Positions 12,633 through 27,900 of a DNA stretch of 64,000 nt are shown one piece after another. Below the pieces are notes generated by a model, which was not told where the DNA came from, ran no database searches, and saw only the letters and a list, made by a program, of their open reading frames with translations. The translations under genes and the position numbers were made by a program. This stretch comes from Phoronis australis. Lineage: Eukaryota > Animalia > Phoronida. The stretch's first letter is position 1, and every line of letters begins with the position of its first letter. The stretch lies in assembly GCA_002633005.1 (NCBI GenBank), contig NMRA01000090.1:1-64000 (forward strand), given 5' to 3'.

Positions 12633-15600
12633 GAGAAATAGCTTTATAAATTTTTTTTCTGGCATTTGCCAGTAGTTTTAACTTGGTACATTTCAAATAT
12701 TACAAAAAGACTAAAAAGTTTATTTGTGAAAAATCTTGACAAACGGACACTTCCTAAAGGAAAAATTGCTTTAAATATGTTTTATACCGGTTTTTGTTAT
12801 TCTTACAGGGAACGGGTTGATATCTTTTTGTTGTATTTTTAAACATTAAGGACCAAAACGATGGTAGATTTTGATCGCCATCAAAACTTAATTAGTTTAG
12901 TTCAGTGTGAACCCATCCCTGATCTTCCCAGATTACACATACACTAAACATTTCACAGCAAACAAAACTACAGATGTCACTAGTTCAAGTTTAATCTTTA
13001 TTAGATCTCAAATCATAAAATGTATACAAAAGTGCAAATATGGTGGTGGAATCTGTGGACAATTTCGGTTGCACTGACTAACTATTCTAGCTTGATGTCA
13101 GTCATAAAAAATGAAGAGTGAGCACAAGAACAACTGTTTCCTGGCAAAAATCTGGTTAAGAGATTGAAAAAAAGTATTAAAAGTATAATGCATGTGACAT
13201 AGTTAACTGTGATCAGCGTTTGTAAATCCAACGAGTATACCAATACACACGCAATGTTTTTAGCTTATTAGTTCATAGATTTTTAAAAATCGAAAACCAC
13301 ACTTGGTCCTTTTTTCCAGCTGAATACTGCGATGGTGTTCGTTTTTAAAGAAAATTATTAATACATTTTGAAAATTCGCCAATAATGTACAGGCAGAGCT
13401 GATTGCTACGGTTTATGGTGGGGGTAATTACACTTCACTGGGTCTTACTCGCACCGGACAATGCGGTCACCACAACAGTATCCGACTCCGGCGCCGCGCT
13501 CTCTTTAATCCTGGTATAAGCCGCTCAGAAGGACGAGCGGTGAAAATTCCCGGATACCTTTAGAAATTCGTGACTTGCTTGTAAGTCAAACAGCAATGCA
13601 TTTATTGCCATTTGAATTGTGCGTATATTTTTGGGAATTTCATCAATGTCTTTGAGAGTTATTTTAGATAGGCAAAGATCGTTTAAGAGTACTTTACTAT
13701 TTGGGGACAGGATTATACATTTTTGCAACTCCAGGCTCCAAGTAAATTCACTGAAACATCACCGATTTTTACAAGATTAGCTTCTGATTGTAAAAAATCA
13801 TCTCGATTTTCCGCGTAGATACATAAACATGTAAATCGGAATGTAAACGGAATGCCACTTATAAGCAATTTCCGCAGGCATGCTCTTGGGTTTTTGACGG
13901 GTAACCGGGGAAACATGGTAATTCGCACTGAAGTGTATTTTTGCTCATTTCAGATGTACCTATACCGGTTCACGAGATAAACTCGAACTCCAAAAAAAAA
14001 ACAACACTGAATCTTTGTTTATAATCATGAGAGTACTTTAAGTAGGCCTACCCCTGTTAGACATCTACACGGTCATCACAAACCATTGCCACGACAGTCT
14101 TTTCAACATTTGCGAATTCCTTACGAAACCCGCTTAGTAACGTTCTTCAAAAGAAACACTGCTCTTGTGATAACATGGGAAAAGTAACATTATTTTATAA
14201 CTGACCATCGGAAATCCTTTTGTGGAATTCACAAATAATGGCCTTCACCTTCTTCAAAACTACACATTTTCGATGGCAGTCTATTGTGTTTTTCACATTT
14301 TTTGGTTGTTTGGGTTGAATGTCTTGTACTGCTGTGCTGTGCACGAATGTTCTGTTTTTTGATGAATTTGGAATCTCAAATTCTTCTCGTGAATACTTGG
14401 CAGTGCGGGATTTACATGTATAGAGGGACAAAGCGACATTTCTTCCGAACTGCCCCAAAGAGAAAGGGTCCCTTTTGAAATGGGATCAAAGGTCAAGCAT
14501 CATTAAGCTTGGAAAAGAGTGACAATTCGTTCTACCGTCGTGTGGTCACACGACCGTGCAGGAAGTAACCTTCCTCAACATGGAAGCCGGTTGCACGATT
14601 TCACAAAAAGACAGGAAAATAGACTGAGGTAATCGATTCCAACATTGAGCCCTCTCTCCGTGAGCGGCCCCTGAATTTGTCCATAAAAACACAAAAAGGG
14701 TGGCCACATGAATGTCATAAATGGCCCCTTTCAAGGGCTGGCCCCCAGAAAATGAAACGATCTATATCTTTAAAAATCAAGAAATGTGCAACAATTGATG
14801 TTATCTGTCAGGTCATCATTTTTTCTGAAGTGATGTACAATTTCGAGAAAAAATAAAGCGACAGTTGTCTCCGTTACCCCTTGCCAGAGAGGGGCCTACG
14901 GAAAAATATAGTTTTGCATTTTCAAAATTGTCTTATTGAAGTTAAAAATACGGTAAATTAATACACTCGAAAAAAGCTTCGCTTTATAAAGTTTCTCGAT
15001 TTTTTAAAATATATGTATGAATGATTAAGTGCACGTTTTCAAGTGCTGCAAAAATAGAAGCCCTAACAACAATGTCCTGGCCAGGGTCCTCAAAATGTAA
15101 ACCACATACTGATACCGAGTAGTCAAATGTTCTCCTCAATTTTCTCTCTTATCTCTATTTGGCAGTCTTTCTTTTCTGAACTGCCCCGGCAACAAGACTA
15201 TGTGGGTTGCCACGGTTTAATCCTGAAGCCTTCAAATTTTTTTTTTTGGGGGGGGCACGCTTTGCGAAACCTGTCACATATACAGTTTACACGAGAAAGC
15301 AGAACTCAGAGGACAACAATATCTCATGATAATCACCTATTTTTACAGAGATTCATAATCCAAAAAATCCACTTTCATCTTGTACAACGTTTTAATTGTC
15401 ATCCCACGACTTTAAGAATATTAAACTTTTCCAGACTTCAATTATTGCATATTATACCCAAAAGGCTAAAACACCCATTAAGTTATTATTCTAACTGGAT
15501 AAGCTCCTGTAATGCCAACATGTGACAAACCTTCAAAAAGCAGGACATTTAGCAAGTACATTGTTGTCACTATCCTCATCACTACCACCATCATTATCCC

Positions 15601-15645
15601 CAATATCACCCTATACTGGACACAAAAATATAGTTGCCTGGTATA

Positions 15646-15651
15646 TTTATT
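15646..15651 (-). promoter_or_regulatory. candidate polyadenylation signal of ZNF830
   Basis: AATAAA on the minus strand ~170 nt after the stop codon. Another candidate lies at 12997-13002. Confidence 0.35.
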
Positions 15652-15819
15652 ACAAAAATAACAACGCCCATTTCACAGTTGTCTGGACAAATGAAGTACA
15701 GACTGAACAAGGATTGAATGCAGAATTCAAAATTCATAGGCTACCAGCAGATTATTAGTGTCCTGGTTAGTAACCAATGTTATTTAAGTCCAATAACCAG
15801 AAATAGGCCCCGCAGATGA

Positions 15820-15976
15820 CTATTTCAAGGATGCTTTTGATCGCCAGTCTAAAAGTTCCTCATACTCTTCTTCATCAGCTTCTGAGTCCGAGTTTATTTC
15901 TATCTCCTCCACTTTCTTAGTTTCCATCAGTGCATCTTTCTTCTTCCCGAGTGCATCAATTTTAGTCCATCGAACA
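15820..15976 (-). CDS. ZNF830: ZNF830 last coding exon (VRWTKIDALGKKKDAL...EELLDWRSKASLK*)
   Basis: Pyrimidine tract plus atag acceptor, DWRSK motif, stop TAG at 15822-15820. Confidence 0.9.
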
Positions 15977-18900
15977 CTATCATAGAAAAAGACCATTAGA
16001 AGTAAGACACACTAGCTGAAAGATTAACATTCGACATGCAGCAAGCAAACCCAACTGCCAGACGTCAGTTCTGTGTGTTATGTCAGGTGTCCCAAAAAAG
16101 TGAGCCACTATTTGACAACCAATTTCTCAGTAACCGATGAAAAGATTTCTTTTTCAAATTTCTAATACATGAACCTTGGGATATCATCAACAATGTACAA
16201 AATATCAAAGAGACCTGAGTCCAATTGTGCAAATACTGCCAAATTAAAAACATCAGGTCAAAAAATAAAATATCAAAGAGAAGCTTGCTTATTTCAGTCT
16301 TTTTTTTCAAAGGAAACATGCTTTAGCCAAGGGCTAATATACAGCATGGTCCTCAAAAGGTTCTCATTCACTTCTTCGCACACATTTACAGTAAGACCAA
16401 GCTTAGAGGAATAGGAGACATCTGTGTGCAATGCTCGAATGTCAGCCAGTGAAGCCAGGATTTGAATCCAAAGTGTCCCATGCGGGACTCCGAAGCTCTA
16501 ACCACTGAGCCACACTGTCTGCTCAGTCTCAGGTCAATGTGGACTCCATCTTACTCCACAACTAAACAGAGCCATTTCTTCCAACCAGAAATGCTTTTCC
16601 ATATTTCTTCCATCGACATTTCCTCTCATGACATAATTATCCTGTCTTTTAACTCCTGCTCATCAATTTGCCTCTCATTCCCTTCAGAAAGTCCCAAATG
16701 GCATAGTTCATTAGATTGCAGTCAGGACTGAGCGGAGGCAACTGGTCCTTTTTGATGAAATTTGATGAGGCTTCCTCCAGATGAGCCTGGGTTATCTTGC
16801 TCGTGCGTGAAGGAGACCTATCTTGCTGAAACATGTAATGGTTTCCAGGGTAAAGTCGCCTGCAATCCGGTACAAGATTTTCATCCAATAACTGCATGTT
16901 TACTGTGGCTCTATCAGTGTAACAGAAATGAATATTTGTTTTTTCCTTCCCAAGATACTCCAGCAGAAACCATTATTTACTTCTTTGGCAATTTGGATGT
17001 CACATGATAGAGTCGAGAAGGCTTAACTTCTTGTTTTTTTCCCATAAACATGTCTTTTTGTGGTTTTTAGCAATTTCTGTCGTAAACTTTTTTTCATCAA
17101 TGAAAATCATTCATTTAACATCAAGTTTTTCTGTTCCTTCTAACACTTTGATCGCTCGATGATACCCACATTCTTTTGAAGGTTTTTTTCGCTATTCTTA
17201 GCACACTTTGGTTCTTGATCACTTGCAAATCGCAGGCGACTTCTCTCAGAGATTTGAGATTCCCCAGCTTGTCCTCCTGGGATTGAATCGGTCCTTCAGC
17301 ACAATACTCATTGTCTTTGGAACACCCACATTGCAGTCTTGGATCTCTCTGCCACTTTTATGCGCAACAGACCCTGTACTGCGTATTTTAGCAACAAGAC
17401 TATTTAGTCACACGACTCCACCCTTTTCCTGGGAACTCCCTTACAATACTTCTAACTGCTTGAAACAGGTTTCAATTGTAAATCGATCACTTTCATACAA
17501 AAGCATCCTTACAAACCAGAATATTGGACAGAACTGATTTGGATACTGATCTGACAATAAAAAACAGTAGATGTGAGACCCAGGCAGGAATGTTTTTGAC
17601 TGACAGATGCTAGCACAGAACGAAAACGATTAAATGAGAATGTCACCCTATTTAATTAGTCTTGTTTAGCCTCTTAATAGGTCTATATCCACATCGTCTT
17701 GCATACGGTACACCTTACCTTGCTGATAGGTGTCACGTTAACCTATGAGGAAGGTGAGACATGACTCAGCAGTGGTTCATCTGCAGAGTGAATGCTGCTA
17801 TGTTGTGGTGCATCGTCCCCACTTGTGCAAACAATGAAGCAGTGAGGAAAGCGGGAGTATCAATCCTAAGAGCCCAAAATTCTTAGGAAGTGGCTTGCGG
17901 CAGTGAAGAATGAAAAGTACGTTGTTAATAGCAAGTATGAGGCCGTGAAACATCTCCGTATTTGTGACCGGCATTTCGTAGCCAGTGATTTCTCTGAGGA
18001 ATGCCGGCTTACCAAAAACTATCCATACATTCTGTCGCCTGTGCATGTTCACGGCGCCTCTCTAGTATTTCTCGATCAGTGTATTCCGGTTCGAACTGAT
18101 AGTCTGTGAAACCGAACGATCCACCTGTGAAGTCTTCGTCGGATGAGCTCTTGCCTAAGTCAAAATTGCGAGTTTATTATTCTGCGTTCTGTTTTATCTT
18201 ACCCTAACCAATGCTTACATAAAACTGAAACAAAGTCCGTCTCATTAGATACAATTTGTAACGCCTTTGGAGTATTCGTGAGTGCAAATATTTTGAGAAG
18301 CCAGCAATGAATATATGACTGGGTTACCAGCTTTAGATGCAATAACTGACTGGGCACTGAGGCCATGTGAGCCCATGCTAACTCAGTGTTTGCTTACAGA
18401 AAGCTGTTGTGAAACAATAACTCGATTTTATATGCTATGTTCACATGTTAGGTAATCTTTACTTAGACATACAAGTACACTATTCAAATCATTGTTACTC
18501 TACAACCTTTGCCCTGACGGTCTGTAGAAGGGCAACCAGACTTCACGGCCCCCGATGAGTAAGTAGATTTGCAATTTCGTGACTAATTCACCAACATAAT
18601 TACGTGCACATTACTTGTTTGGCTCACTAGTATAGCCTTTTTGTGACTGGAGGTTTAGTTTCCAACTTAAACTGGTTTATTTGTGATGACCAGTTCCGGC
18701 GGCCGTGACTGGCCTAATCCGGTACTGAGCCACTGGCTGGAATAACAAGCATTTTGTGTGTTTAGAACTGAAAGAAATCGCAAGTCTATAAGTACAACAT
18801 ACAGCTATGTTCTCTTGTCTGTATTTCATGGAAGAATGATTCGAATCTATCACCAAACAGAACCAAATTCCCGCGATCGACCATGGTAAATTGGCCTAAA

Positions 18901-21900
18901 GAACTCTGTAGACTATGTTACGTTCAAATACCTATAAATCCGTAAAGTGAAATAAAACAGCATGTTGTTCAAGAACTCAATGCATTTGTAAGGGTTTTAC
19001 ATCGAATTTTGATAATTTATTGGCGTAAAACGATAAATTCAAGCGATAAGTTGACACCAGTGAGCGTGTTGTGAACGGCCGAACAGATTGCATTCGAACC
19101 TATGACGTCATTGGTTAATTTCACCACCTCCGTCTGCCTTAAGGTGTCAGGTAAAACAACTGAACTTGCTGTTATCGAGTGGAACTACTAGATCTAAATT
19201 GATACAAAATAGGTTGTTATTTGGGTGGCATTTTCCTTTAACGTCACAGTGATATTGCACTTTTTACCCTGCTGTTTTGAATTTCGCAGTACTTCCATAA
19301 CTCTTTATACTTCCCTGAAATACTTAGTAGACTTGGTGATGGTACCCTGACGATACATTGTTAGAAATTTCAACGAATTCAGTTGGTTACTTGCTGAGAA
19401 AATACTTAGTATCAAAAAGTGGCTCACTTTTTGGGACACCTGATATATGCAAATGTAGATGTGATCTTCACAGTCTTCATTTTGAAGAGTGACCAAGATC
19501 CAGTCTGTGATAATTTTGACACTCCACGAAAAATTCATCAGTCTTGCTTTCTGACAAGAAATTCTTGGATTTAAAGGCCCATGCAGCATCATCTTTGAAA
19601 ACCATTGTTTGGGGTGGTACCCCATGAACGCCACATCATACTTACAGCTGCTCATCAATTTCTTCAATTCTCCTCTCTTCAGTGTTCACTTCATCTTCGT
19701 CAGCTATAATTTGCTCAGACACCTGTCCATAAAACAGAAAAAATGATAAACATTTCTAAGAAGACTTTTATATCTCAAATCCATTGTAAGTTTTAGGGAA
19801 ATATACAAAGAGGTGATACCGTAATTAATACAGACAATACTGTTTAAACAACAGCCACACGGAGCAGTGGTACGTGCCCATTATCACATACAACTGAGAT
19901 ACAAAGCATGTTCATTATTTTAAACATTCCCACTAAGCGGAGCAATGCTAGTAAACTTAAAATAGCCTCTAGGGGGTGAAAGGATGTCATTAGGAACACA
20001 CCCATCACGTTAGTTGTGTCTGTACGTACTCATCATTGGTGTCTAATGATGTACAGAAAACCATGCTTAAGTCAGATCCAATAAGATCAAGAGAAATTTT
20101 ATATTTCTCTAAAAACCAGTGTAACAGTGATGGAAAGACTTTGTCTGATGTCATTTGAACTTCCGCATACACACAATATGAAACACTTTCATGAAAGTTA
20201 CAGCACGTACTTGACACTTGTCATCCCAAATTCATAAAGATGCAGCCAGTACCTGATACCTGTCATCCCCAATTCATAACGTTAAGCTAACACGTGAGCA
20301 ACTCACAGAAGCAACTGTCACGTTTCCTTGTCAGTTTCATGAGGGTTTTCGTCATGGAGGTTGACAATAAGTTGAAATTTCTGACTAAGAAACGATTGTT
20401 TTGTCTTCGATCAGTGAAGATTCCTACGAATTGAGATGTGGGGTGTTTATAAACTTGCAAAATTACAAAAAATCATAATCCTGTATAGCACCCGGAGGAG
20501 ATTTCCCCGCAATATACTGTAGGCCGAACTAAAATGATTTTTGCAAAAGAACAGCATGTGCACGATGGAAAGTGCAATCTCGCGTAGGTTACAGTTCAAC
20601 AGTCCATCTGGGCCATATCCAGGGCATCGCGACTATCAGCCAAGACTCCTCGTGCGATCTGTCGGTAAATTATTACAAGAGCAACGCAGAGTGTTAAAAT
20701 GTACCCACGAATGTACCGCAAATGGTGCGCTTCCAGGGATGTTTATTTGTATCGTAAAAATGACCACTAGATGGCACAAAATATGTCGAATCCATCCGAA
20801 AACTGGAACATGTCATTGTTTCTTTAATAGTATAAGAAAGCCATTTACCAAATTTTATAAACATCTTTCAAGGAACTTCAGAAAAACAAAAGAAAACTGA
20901 AAAAACTAAATTGCCACTAGGGGACACAGCATTTGTCGGATAACTTTGAGTGTCATCATTGTCCGTTGATAACTTCATATAAATACATTTGGTAAATTTA
21001 TTTAAGATCCTGCAGTGGGTTTAGGAGATACAGCTATGAGCGTAAAACAAAACAAAACTGCCAATAGGGAGGTGCCACAGTAGTTGAAGTTGTCAGAAAA
21101 TCATCATCGTCTTCTTAACACTAAGAACAAATGTCAATTTTCATCATCATCTTTAAAGTGGTTTGGTTGATAGAGGGGCGGATGCCAAAAACAGACTAGA
21201 AAACGGTAAAAATGGCCACTAGATGGCGCAAAATACATCACATCCATCTGAAAATGGAAGCATGTCACCATTTCTCTAATAGAATGCTATACGTTGAAGG
21301 AACTTTAGTGAAACAGAGGAAAATGGAAAAAAATTGGGGGCACACCAGTCCTGTAAACTGATCTGTCCGAAATTTGTCATCGTCCATTGTCAACTTCATA
21401 TGAATACACTTACCCAAATTTCATAAAGATCCTGAAGAGTGTTCAGCAGATACAGCCATGGGCGCAAAAAACAAAACTGCTGCTAGGAGGCGCTACAGTG
21501 GTCAGTCATCCGAAAATCAATGACAGCTGTCCTCATCACAGTAAAAACATACATGCCAATTTCCAAAATCATCCTCAGAGCGATTTGGTTGACAGAGGGA
21601 TGGACGCCAAAAAACTCAAAAACAGTAGAAATGGAAGGATAGCATCACCTCACTAATAGATGCTCATATATCAAGTTTTATGAAAATTCGTCGAGGACCT
21701 TTGAAGATACAGAGGCAAAGTTCGTAAAAACCTCAATCATCCTTAGAGTGGTTTGGTAGATAGAGGGGTGCACGACTAAGAACATACTCGAAAACAGTAA
21801 AAATGGTCACTAGGTGGCACAAATTACGTTGAATCTAACCGAAAACAGGTGGATATCGTCAACTCACTAATAGATGCCTACATTCTAAATTTTATGTTAA

Positions 21901-24900
21901 TACGTGGAAGACCCTTGAAGATATAGAGGTAAGCGTAAAAAAATAAAATTGCCACTAGGGGGCAAACCGGTAGTCACAGCTGCCCAAAAGTTCACTCATG
22001 TCATCCCATTCATGAAAGGAACATTACATGCGTCAAAGGGTCTTGGAAACAGAGCAGCGGACGCTACGCACTGGATGCTCAGACAGGGATGACGGCATAA
22101 TGCATCCACATATAAATATGTGAGGGCATAAAAAGTCATATATGTACATTGCATGTTCGGCGATTTTTTAAGAGAAAAAAAGATATGTGACGGACTCCGA
22201 CTTAAGCGAGGTAAAAAGGGGGGATTATGATCGATTGTTCCGACATAAGAAACTCTACCTACATGTAGGACCTTATCAAGGTAACTGTGAACCTTGTTTT
22301 CCAGGTGGTACTTATGTGCAAATATCTTAAATTCTGTTAGCTCTAATCGCTACAAAGTATATATTTTCTGAATGGAGAATAAATTTCCTAAAAAAATTTC
22401 TATTCGTATTTACTTGTCTTTACTTTTTCACCAGATATACGTTTTTTAGTAAAACAATTTTTTTACTGTGAGCAGAGACTTTAAAAACATTGTTCCTCCA
22501 ATCATATTGGTCTTTTGTCAACACGTTAATAACGGCATTTTCAAGGGAAAAGTGCCTCAGATTTTTTAAATAGGTTTTGATTTTTTAATTATCGACTTTA
22601 TAGAACATTTTGATTCTTGATTTTCAAAGGCTTCATTCCGAAAAACTAGGACACTTTTGATGGATAATCCAGTGAATAAAAGAAATTGTCATGAATGCAC
22701 TTTCAGTGAATAACACTTTGTCTTACGTTTGTCTGTTCCTTCATTTCTTTCTGAAATAACTCCCACTCGTCTTCCATTTTGTCTCGATATTCAATATTTC
22801 TGGCCTGTAAAATCGAAAAGTTGAAACAAATTTCTCTCGTTGCTATCTCATTAGCAACTCGTATGTCAAATTTCAACACAACACGACCTTTGCTTTTCTC
22901 ACTGTTATTGAACGCTCTATAACCATGCAGTGAGTCGAACATAAATCCTGAAAAAAATCTCATGAAATTAAAATTGTTCTGGAGAAAACAATGCTATTCA
23001 TAAAAAACGGAATTTGCTGATAAAAAACAAGTTCCTAAGAAAAGGATTTGCAGTTTATGAAGAAAGAACTGCAATGCAAAGGAGAATTATTGTACAAGTG
23101 AGAAAAAAATGATTCCGTTAATGCAATTATCCTTACAGAAGGAATATTATCTATCATTGTCATAACTTTGAGAGTCAGCATACAGTATAAGCCGAGTCAC
23201 TAAACCAAAATTTGCAAATGAGAACAAGTCCCAAAGAGTGCAACACTAAGAGTAATTTGTTTGCATTTCATTTATCCCTGAGCTTATCGCATGCCGATTT
23301 CACCAGTAACCTGTAGGATTCCTTCACAGTCTGAAAGCTTGATGGAGATCCCTGTCTTCCTTTTTCATACATTACTTGGAAACCAAATGGCACAACATCC
23401 AAATATTGGTGAATATACCAACACAGGTGGATGATGACGATGATTAACTCTTACCGGAATATTTTCTATTTTTTAAAGAATTTCACAATTTTTGTGTTCA
23501 AGCGATGAACTAGACAAAGTCCCTTTGTATTTTTGCATTGTCGAAAGCATATGCTAGCAGCAAGCTTTCACTTTTCACTCTTTAGAATGTAAGTTTCATA
23601 CAATCTTGATAAAGAGGTCATTGTCAACGGTCTCTAAGTTATAAAATGTTTATGAGGCAACGTGCCTAAAGACTGGTCGCGACAGGGATGCATAGTTTGA
23701 AGCACAATGAAATGCAGACCTCAAGTAAAATGCCAGATGTAGACATGAAAAGCAAGGTCAGCTGTCAGCCTCACCTTGGCATCTTGTTTCGGGTCATCGA
23801 AGAAACCTTCAGGCAGCACCTCAGACATATGGGTTGGTTTCACAGTGATTGGATCTTCATCAGCCAGCTTTTCTGGGATGACTCCACTGTCAAAGAAGTC
23901 TATAGAGAACAAAAGTAAAACCACCGATTGGTGCACCACAAACATCAAGGCATTAGCCATGCATGTTGTTAAGACTATAAACTCAAAAGAAAATAAACTT
24001 TTGATTGAGAGCACACAGCATGGTCTCAACTTGATCTTTTTCCAGAGGAGAAGTAATTTCCGAGGCTGGAAAGAACGCAGAGTTGGTTATTTTGAGATTA
24101 TCACCAAAATATACAGATTAGGGTGAAAGAAAACAGGCGAGAACAAAATGTCACAAGGATGCACAAGTACACTTAGACCAACACAGAAATTGACACGTTA
24201 TCCTCCCAAATAAAAAGGGACACAGATTTTAAAACAAAATAATTTCTGAACGAGAAAAGTGAAAAGAACGAGTCACAATCGAGCCAGCCAACATTTCGAG
24301 AAATTTCTTTATACAAAGTACTGCACATGTACAGTGATTTTAGGTGTTCAAGTTTAAGATTATGTCGGACCTAGAAAAATGTTCAACTTTAGCCAAATGC
24401 AAGATTGGATTCTTTTTTATGAAACTTTGGATACTATGCTTCATGCACTGTTCTACAGAACAATGTTGGGAATTGTTTTTAAAAAATTTCCACTTTTGCA
24501 TGAGGGGTTATCGAAAAGGACTTGCATGATTTTCATGCAAAAAATTATGAAATTGCAAGGAACAAAAACGAAATGATCATTTAGAAAACCAGTCGCACAG
24601 AATTTGTTATTGACCCCGTTGTTTTGCTCAGAATGTACCGCCTTTTTTTGCTAAATTTCACAGTTTAAACACCCTAAGGGTTATTTTCAATGGGTACACT
24701 AGAATTATTTACACTCAGTGATAACTATATTGGAATGTGTATATATCCTGTAGTCACATAATATTCTATCCTGTTGTTGTTGATGGTTTAGTGGTTCCTG
24801 TTTTGTAGTCAGTACTGTATTAGTCATATATTCCTAGAACCTATCGACTTCCTGTACATTTCTGCATATATCCTATTATTTGTTGATATCAATACACGTT

Positions 24901-27900
24901 TAGTTCGACAGCCAACTGGGCACAATCTTTGTTTTACTCACGACTTTTCACTCAGCTCACCTGGTGGAAGGTGTGATGATGCAGTGGTGGTCCCTGAAGG
25001 AAGCCTGCTGACTCTATTATCTCCCTTATCTTCCTCATCCTCAGATGAGGAGTACTCTGCTAGACCCAGGCTTGTGACTTTTGCTGTTCCACTTTCTGGT
25101 ACATTGCCTATAGTGAACGGTAGAAAACAATTCAAATTTCTTCAAGTTAATAGGCTACTTCACCCAATTTAATCTTGGACCTCCTAGTACCTCCAAATAC
25201 CTCCTAGTCCTCCCCAGCAAAACATGCTGCACCACTCGTAAAGAGACAACCCGCAAAAAAATGCTAGGCACGCAGGATGGTAGGCAGTGACCACCATCTC
25301 TAGTTGGCTCCAGTAGAGGTGGAAGTTTTTCAGGGAGCTATGCTTCAAACTGATTAAAACATCAAAGTCACATTGTAATAAGTACCTTTTGCGCATAGAA
25401 GGAGGGACACAAATACAGTATCTAATTACTATAGAAACCTCTAATTATGTGCCAGAAGTCCAGTTCCATGAATTCTGTCCACTTTATGTTATCACCAAAA
25501 ATCAGGGTCTCAACTTTTGTGCAAAAACTTTTCTATTAACTGCTTCTTTTGAACGGTCTGAAGATCAGAACATTAAGTTTTGTCAACCTGTAGTGCAAAT
25601 GGGCAAAGTAAATAACAGCTTTCAATACTACGAGTACACGTAGAAGATATGAATTGATGGTATATCAACTCACAATTTCACCCAAACCTTTAACTAACTA
25701 CGGAAACCATCAAGCAAAGTGCAATGCGTACATAATCATTGGGTAAATACAAACTCCTCTTAATCAACGATAAATCAATCTATAACAAGAGCAATGCGGA
25801 GCGTTGAAATGCACCCATGAATGCATTGCAAATGGTGTGCTTTTAGGGTTATTTATTTGTATCATAAAAACGGCCACTAGATGGTGCAAAAACATACAAT
25901 CATCCAAAAACAGGAACACGCCATATTTCATAAAAATCTGTCAAGGAACTTCAGAGAAACAAAGGAAAACAGAATAAAATGAAATTGCCACTAGTGGGCA
26001 AAGTGTCCGTTGGATAAGCCTGAATGTCGTCGTCTGTTGTTATCTTCATGTAAATACACTTACTAAATTTAATAAAGATCCTGCAGTGGGTTTAAGAGAT
26101 ACAACTATGGGCGCAAAACAAAACTACCACTAGGAGGTGCCACAGTAAACAGTCACCATCATCAAAGGTCGTCTTCACACTGAGAACATATATGCCAATA
26201 CTCAAATGATTTGGTTGAGACGGGTGGACCCGAAAAACAAGATTTGAAAACAGCAAATATGGCCACTAGGTAGTGCAAAATACCTCGATTCCATCCAAAA
26301 ACAGAAAGATAGCGTCATCACACCAATAGATGCCTATATTTGAAATTTTGTGAAAATCTGTTGAGGACCTTTGAAGATACAGAGTTAAACGTAAAAACTA
26401 AAATTGCCACTAGGGAACACACCAGTAGTCAGATCTGTCCGAAAGTTGTCGTCGTTCATAGTCAACATCATATAAATAGACTTGCTAAATTAAGTAAAGA
26501 TCCTGCAAACACTGAGAACATATACGCCAATTTTCAAAACCATCCTTAGAATGATTTGGTTGATAGACGGGTTGACGCCAAAAAGCTCAAAAACAGCAAA
26601 AATGGCCACTAGTTGGTGCAAAATATCTCGATTCCATCCAATAACGGGAGGATAGCGTCAACTCACCAAAAGATGCCTGTATTCAAAATTTTGTGAAAAT
26701 CTGTTGAGGACTTTTGAAGATACAGAGGTTAACGTAAAATGTAAAATTGCAATCAGGCAGCACACCAGTAGTCAGATCCATCTGAAAGTTGCTGTTCTTT
26801 GTCAACATCATACAAATACACTTGTTAAATTTAGTAAAGAACCTCCAAACGGTTCAAGAGATACAGCCATGAGCGCAAAAAATGAAATTGCCACTAGGAG
26901 GCGCCACAGTAGTTGAAGTCATCGGAAAATCATTGTCAGGCATCCAATTCATAGTAAAAAGATAACGCTAAAAAACTGTAAAAATGGCCACTAGGTGGCA
27001 CAAACTAGGTCGAATCCATCTGAAAACGGAAAGACAGGGTCACCACACTAACAGAAGCCTGTACACCAAGTTTTATGAAAATACGTTAAGGACCTTTGTA
27101 GATAGACAGGTTAAGGTAACAAAATAAAATTGCCACCAGGGGGTACACCAGTGGTCAAATCCGTCCAAAAGTCATTGCCGTCTTTTGTCAATGTCATATA
27201 AATGCACCAAGTAAATTTAGTAAAGATCCTGCACATGATTAAGGAGATACAGCCATAGGGTCCAAAAAACAAAACTGCAACTAGGAGGTGCCACAGTAGT
27301 CGAAAAATCATCGTCAACCATCCTCTTAATAGTAAGAGCACAATCATATGCCAATTTTCACAATCATACTTAGAGCGGTTTGATTGGCAGCAGGTGGACG
27401 GCAAAAAACAGACTCGAAAACAGTAAAAATGGCCACTAGGTAGCGCAAACTACGTTGAATCCATGCAAAAACGGGAGGATAACATTGCCTCACTAACAGA
27501 TACCTATATGCCAAATTTTATAAAAATACGTTGAGGACCTTTGAAGAAACAGAGGTAAACGTAAAAAACTAAAATTGTATCTAGGGGGCACACCGATAGT
27601 CAGATCCGTCCGAAAGTTTGCTCATGCCGTCCCATCCCTGAAAGGAACACATACGCAAAATTTCTTGAACATACGTCAAACGATTTTGGAGATAGAGCAG
27701 CGGACTCCGGACGGATGTCACCTGGACGGACGGAGATGACAACATAATGCGTCCACATATGAATATGTGGGCGCATAAAAAGTTGAAGAAGATGAACCAT
27801 TAAATGTTCATCAGGAAATCAGTCCATAAAATACAGTCATCAAAGCAGAAAACATTGAATAAGTCAAGAACGGTTAATCAAAGCGACAAAACCAAGTCCT

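Larger units (their letters stand above)
16081..19445 (-). mobile_element. decayed Tc1/mariner-superfamily transposon, DD37D (maT) type
   Basis: TIRs t(g/a)tcaggtgtcccaaaaa(a)gtgagccact at both ends with TA flanks. Minus-strand transposase remnants IFIDEKKF (~17100), IMVSAGVSWEGK (~16960) and FQQD-x37-(D>N) with SPDCNLMNYAIW (16649-16897). Confidence 0.85.

Noticed and set aside
13525-13928. Short minus-strand ORFs as a gene
   Set aside because: No recognisable motif or consistent splice structure. Possibly a repeat remnant.
16454-16513. tRNA gene
   Set aside because: A and B boxes are present but the stems and anticodon arm are not intact, so it is treated as a SINE head.
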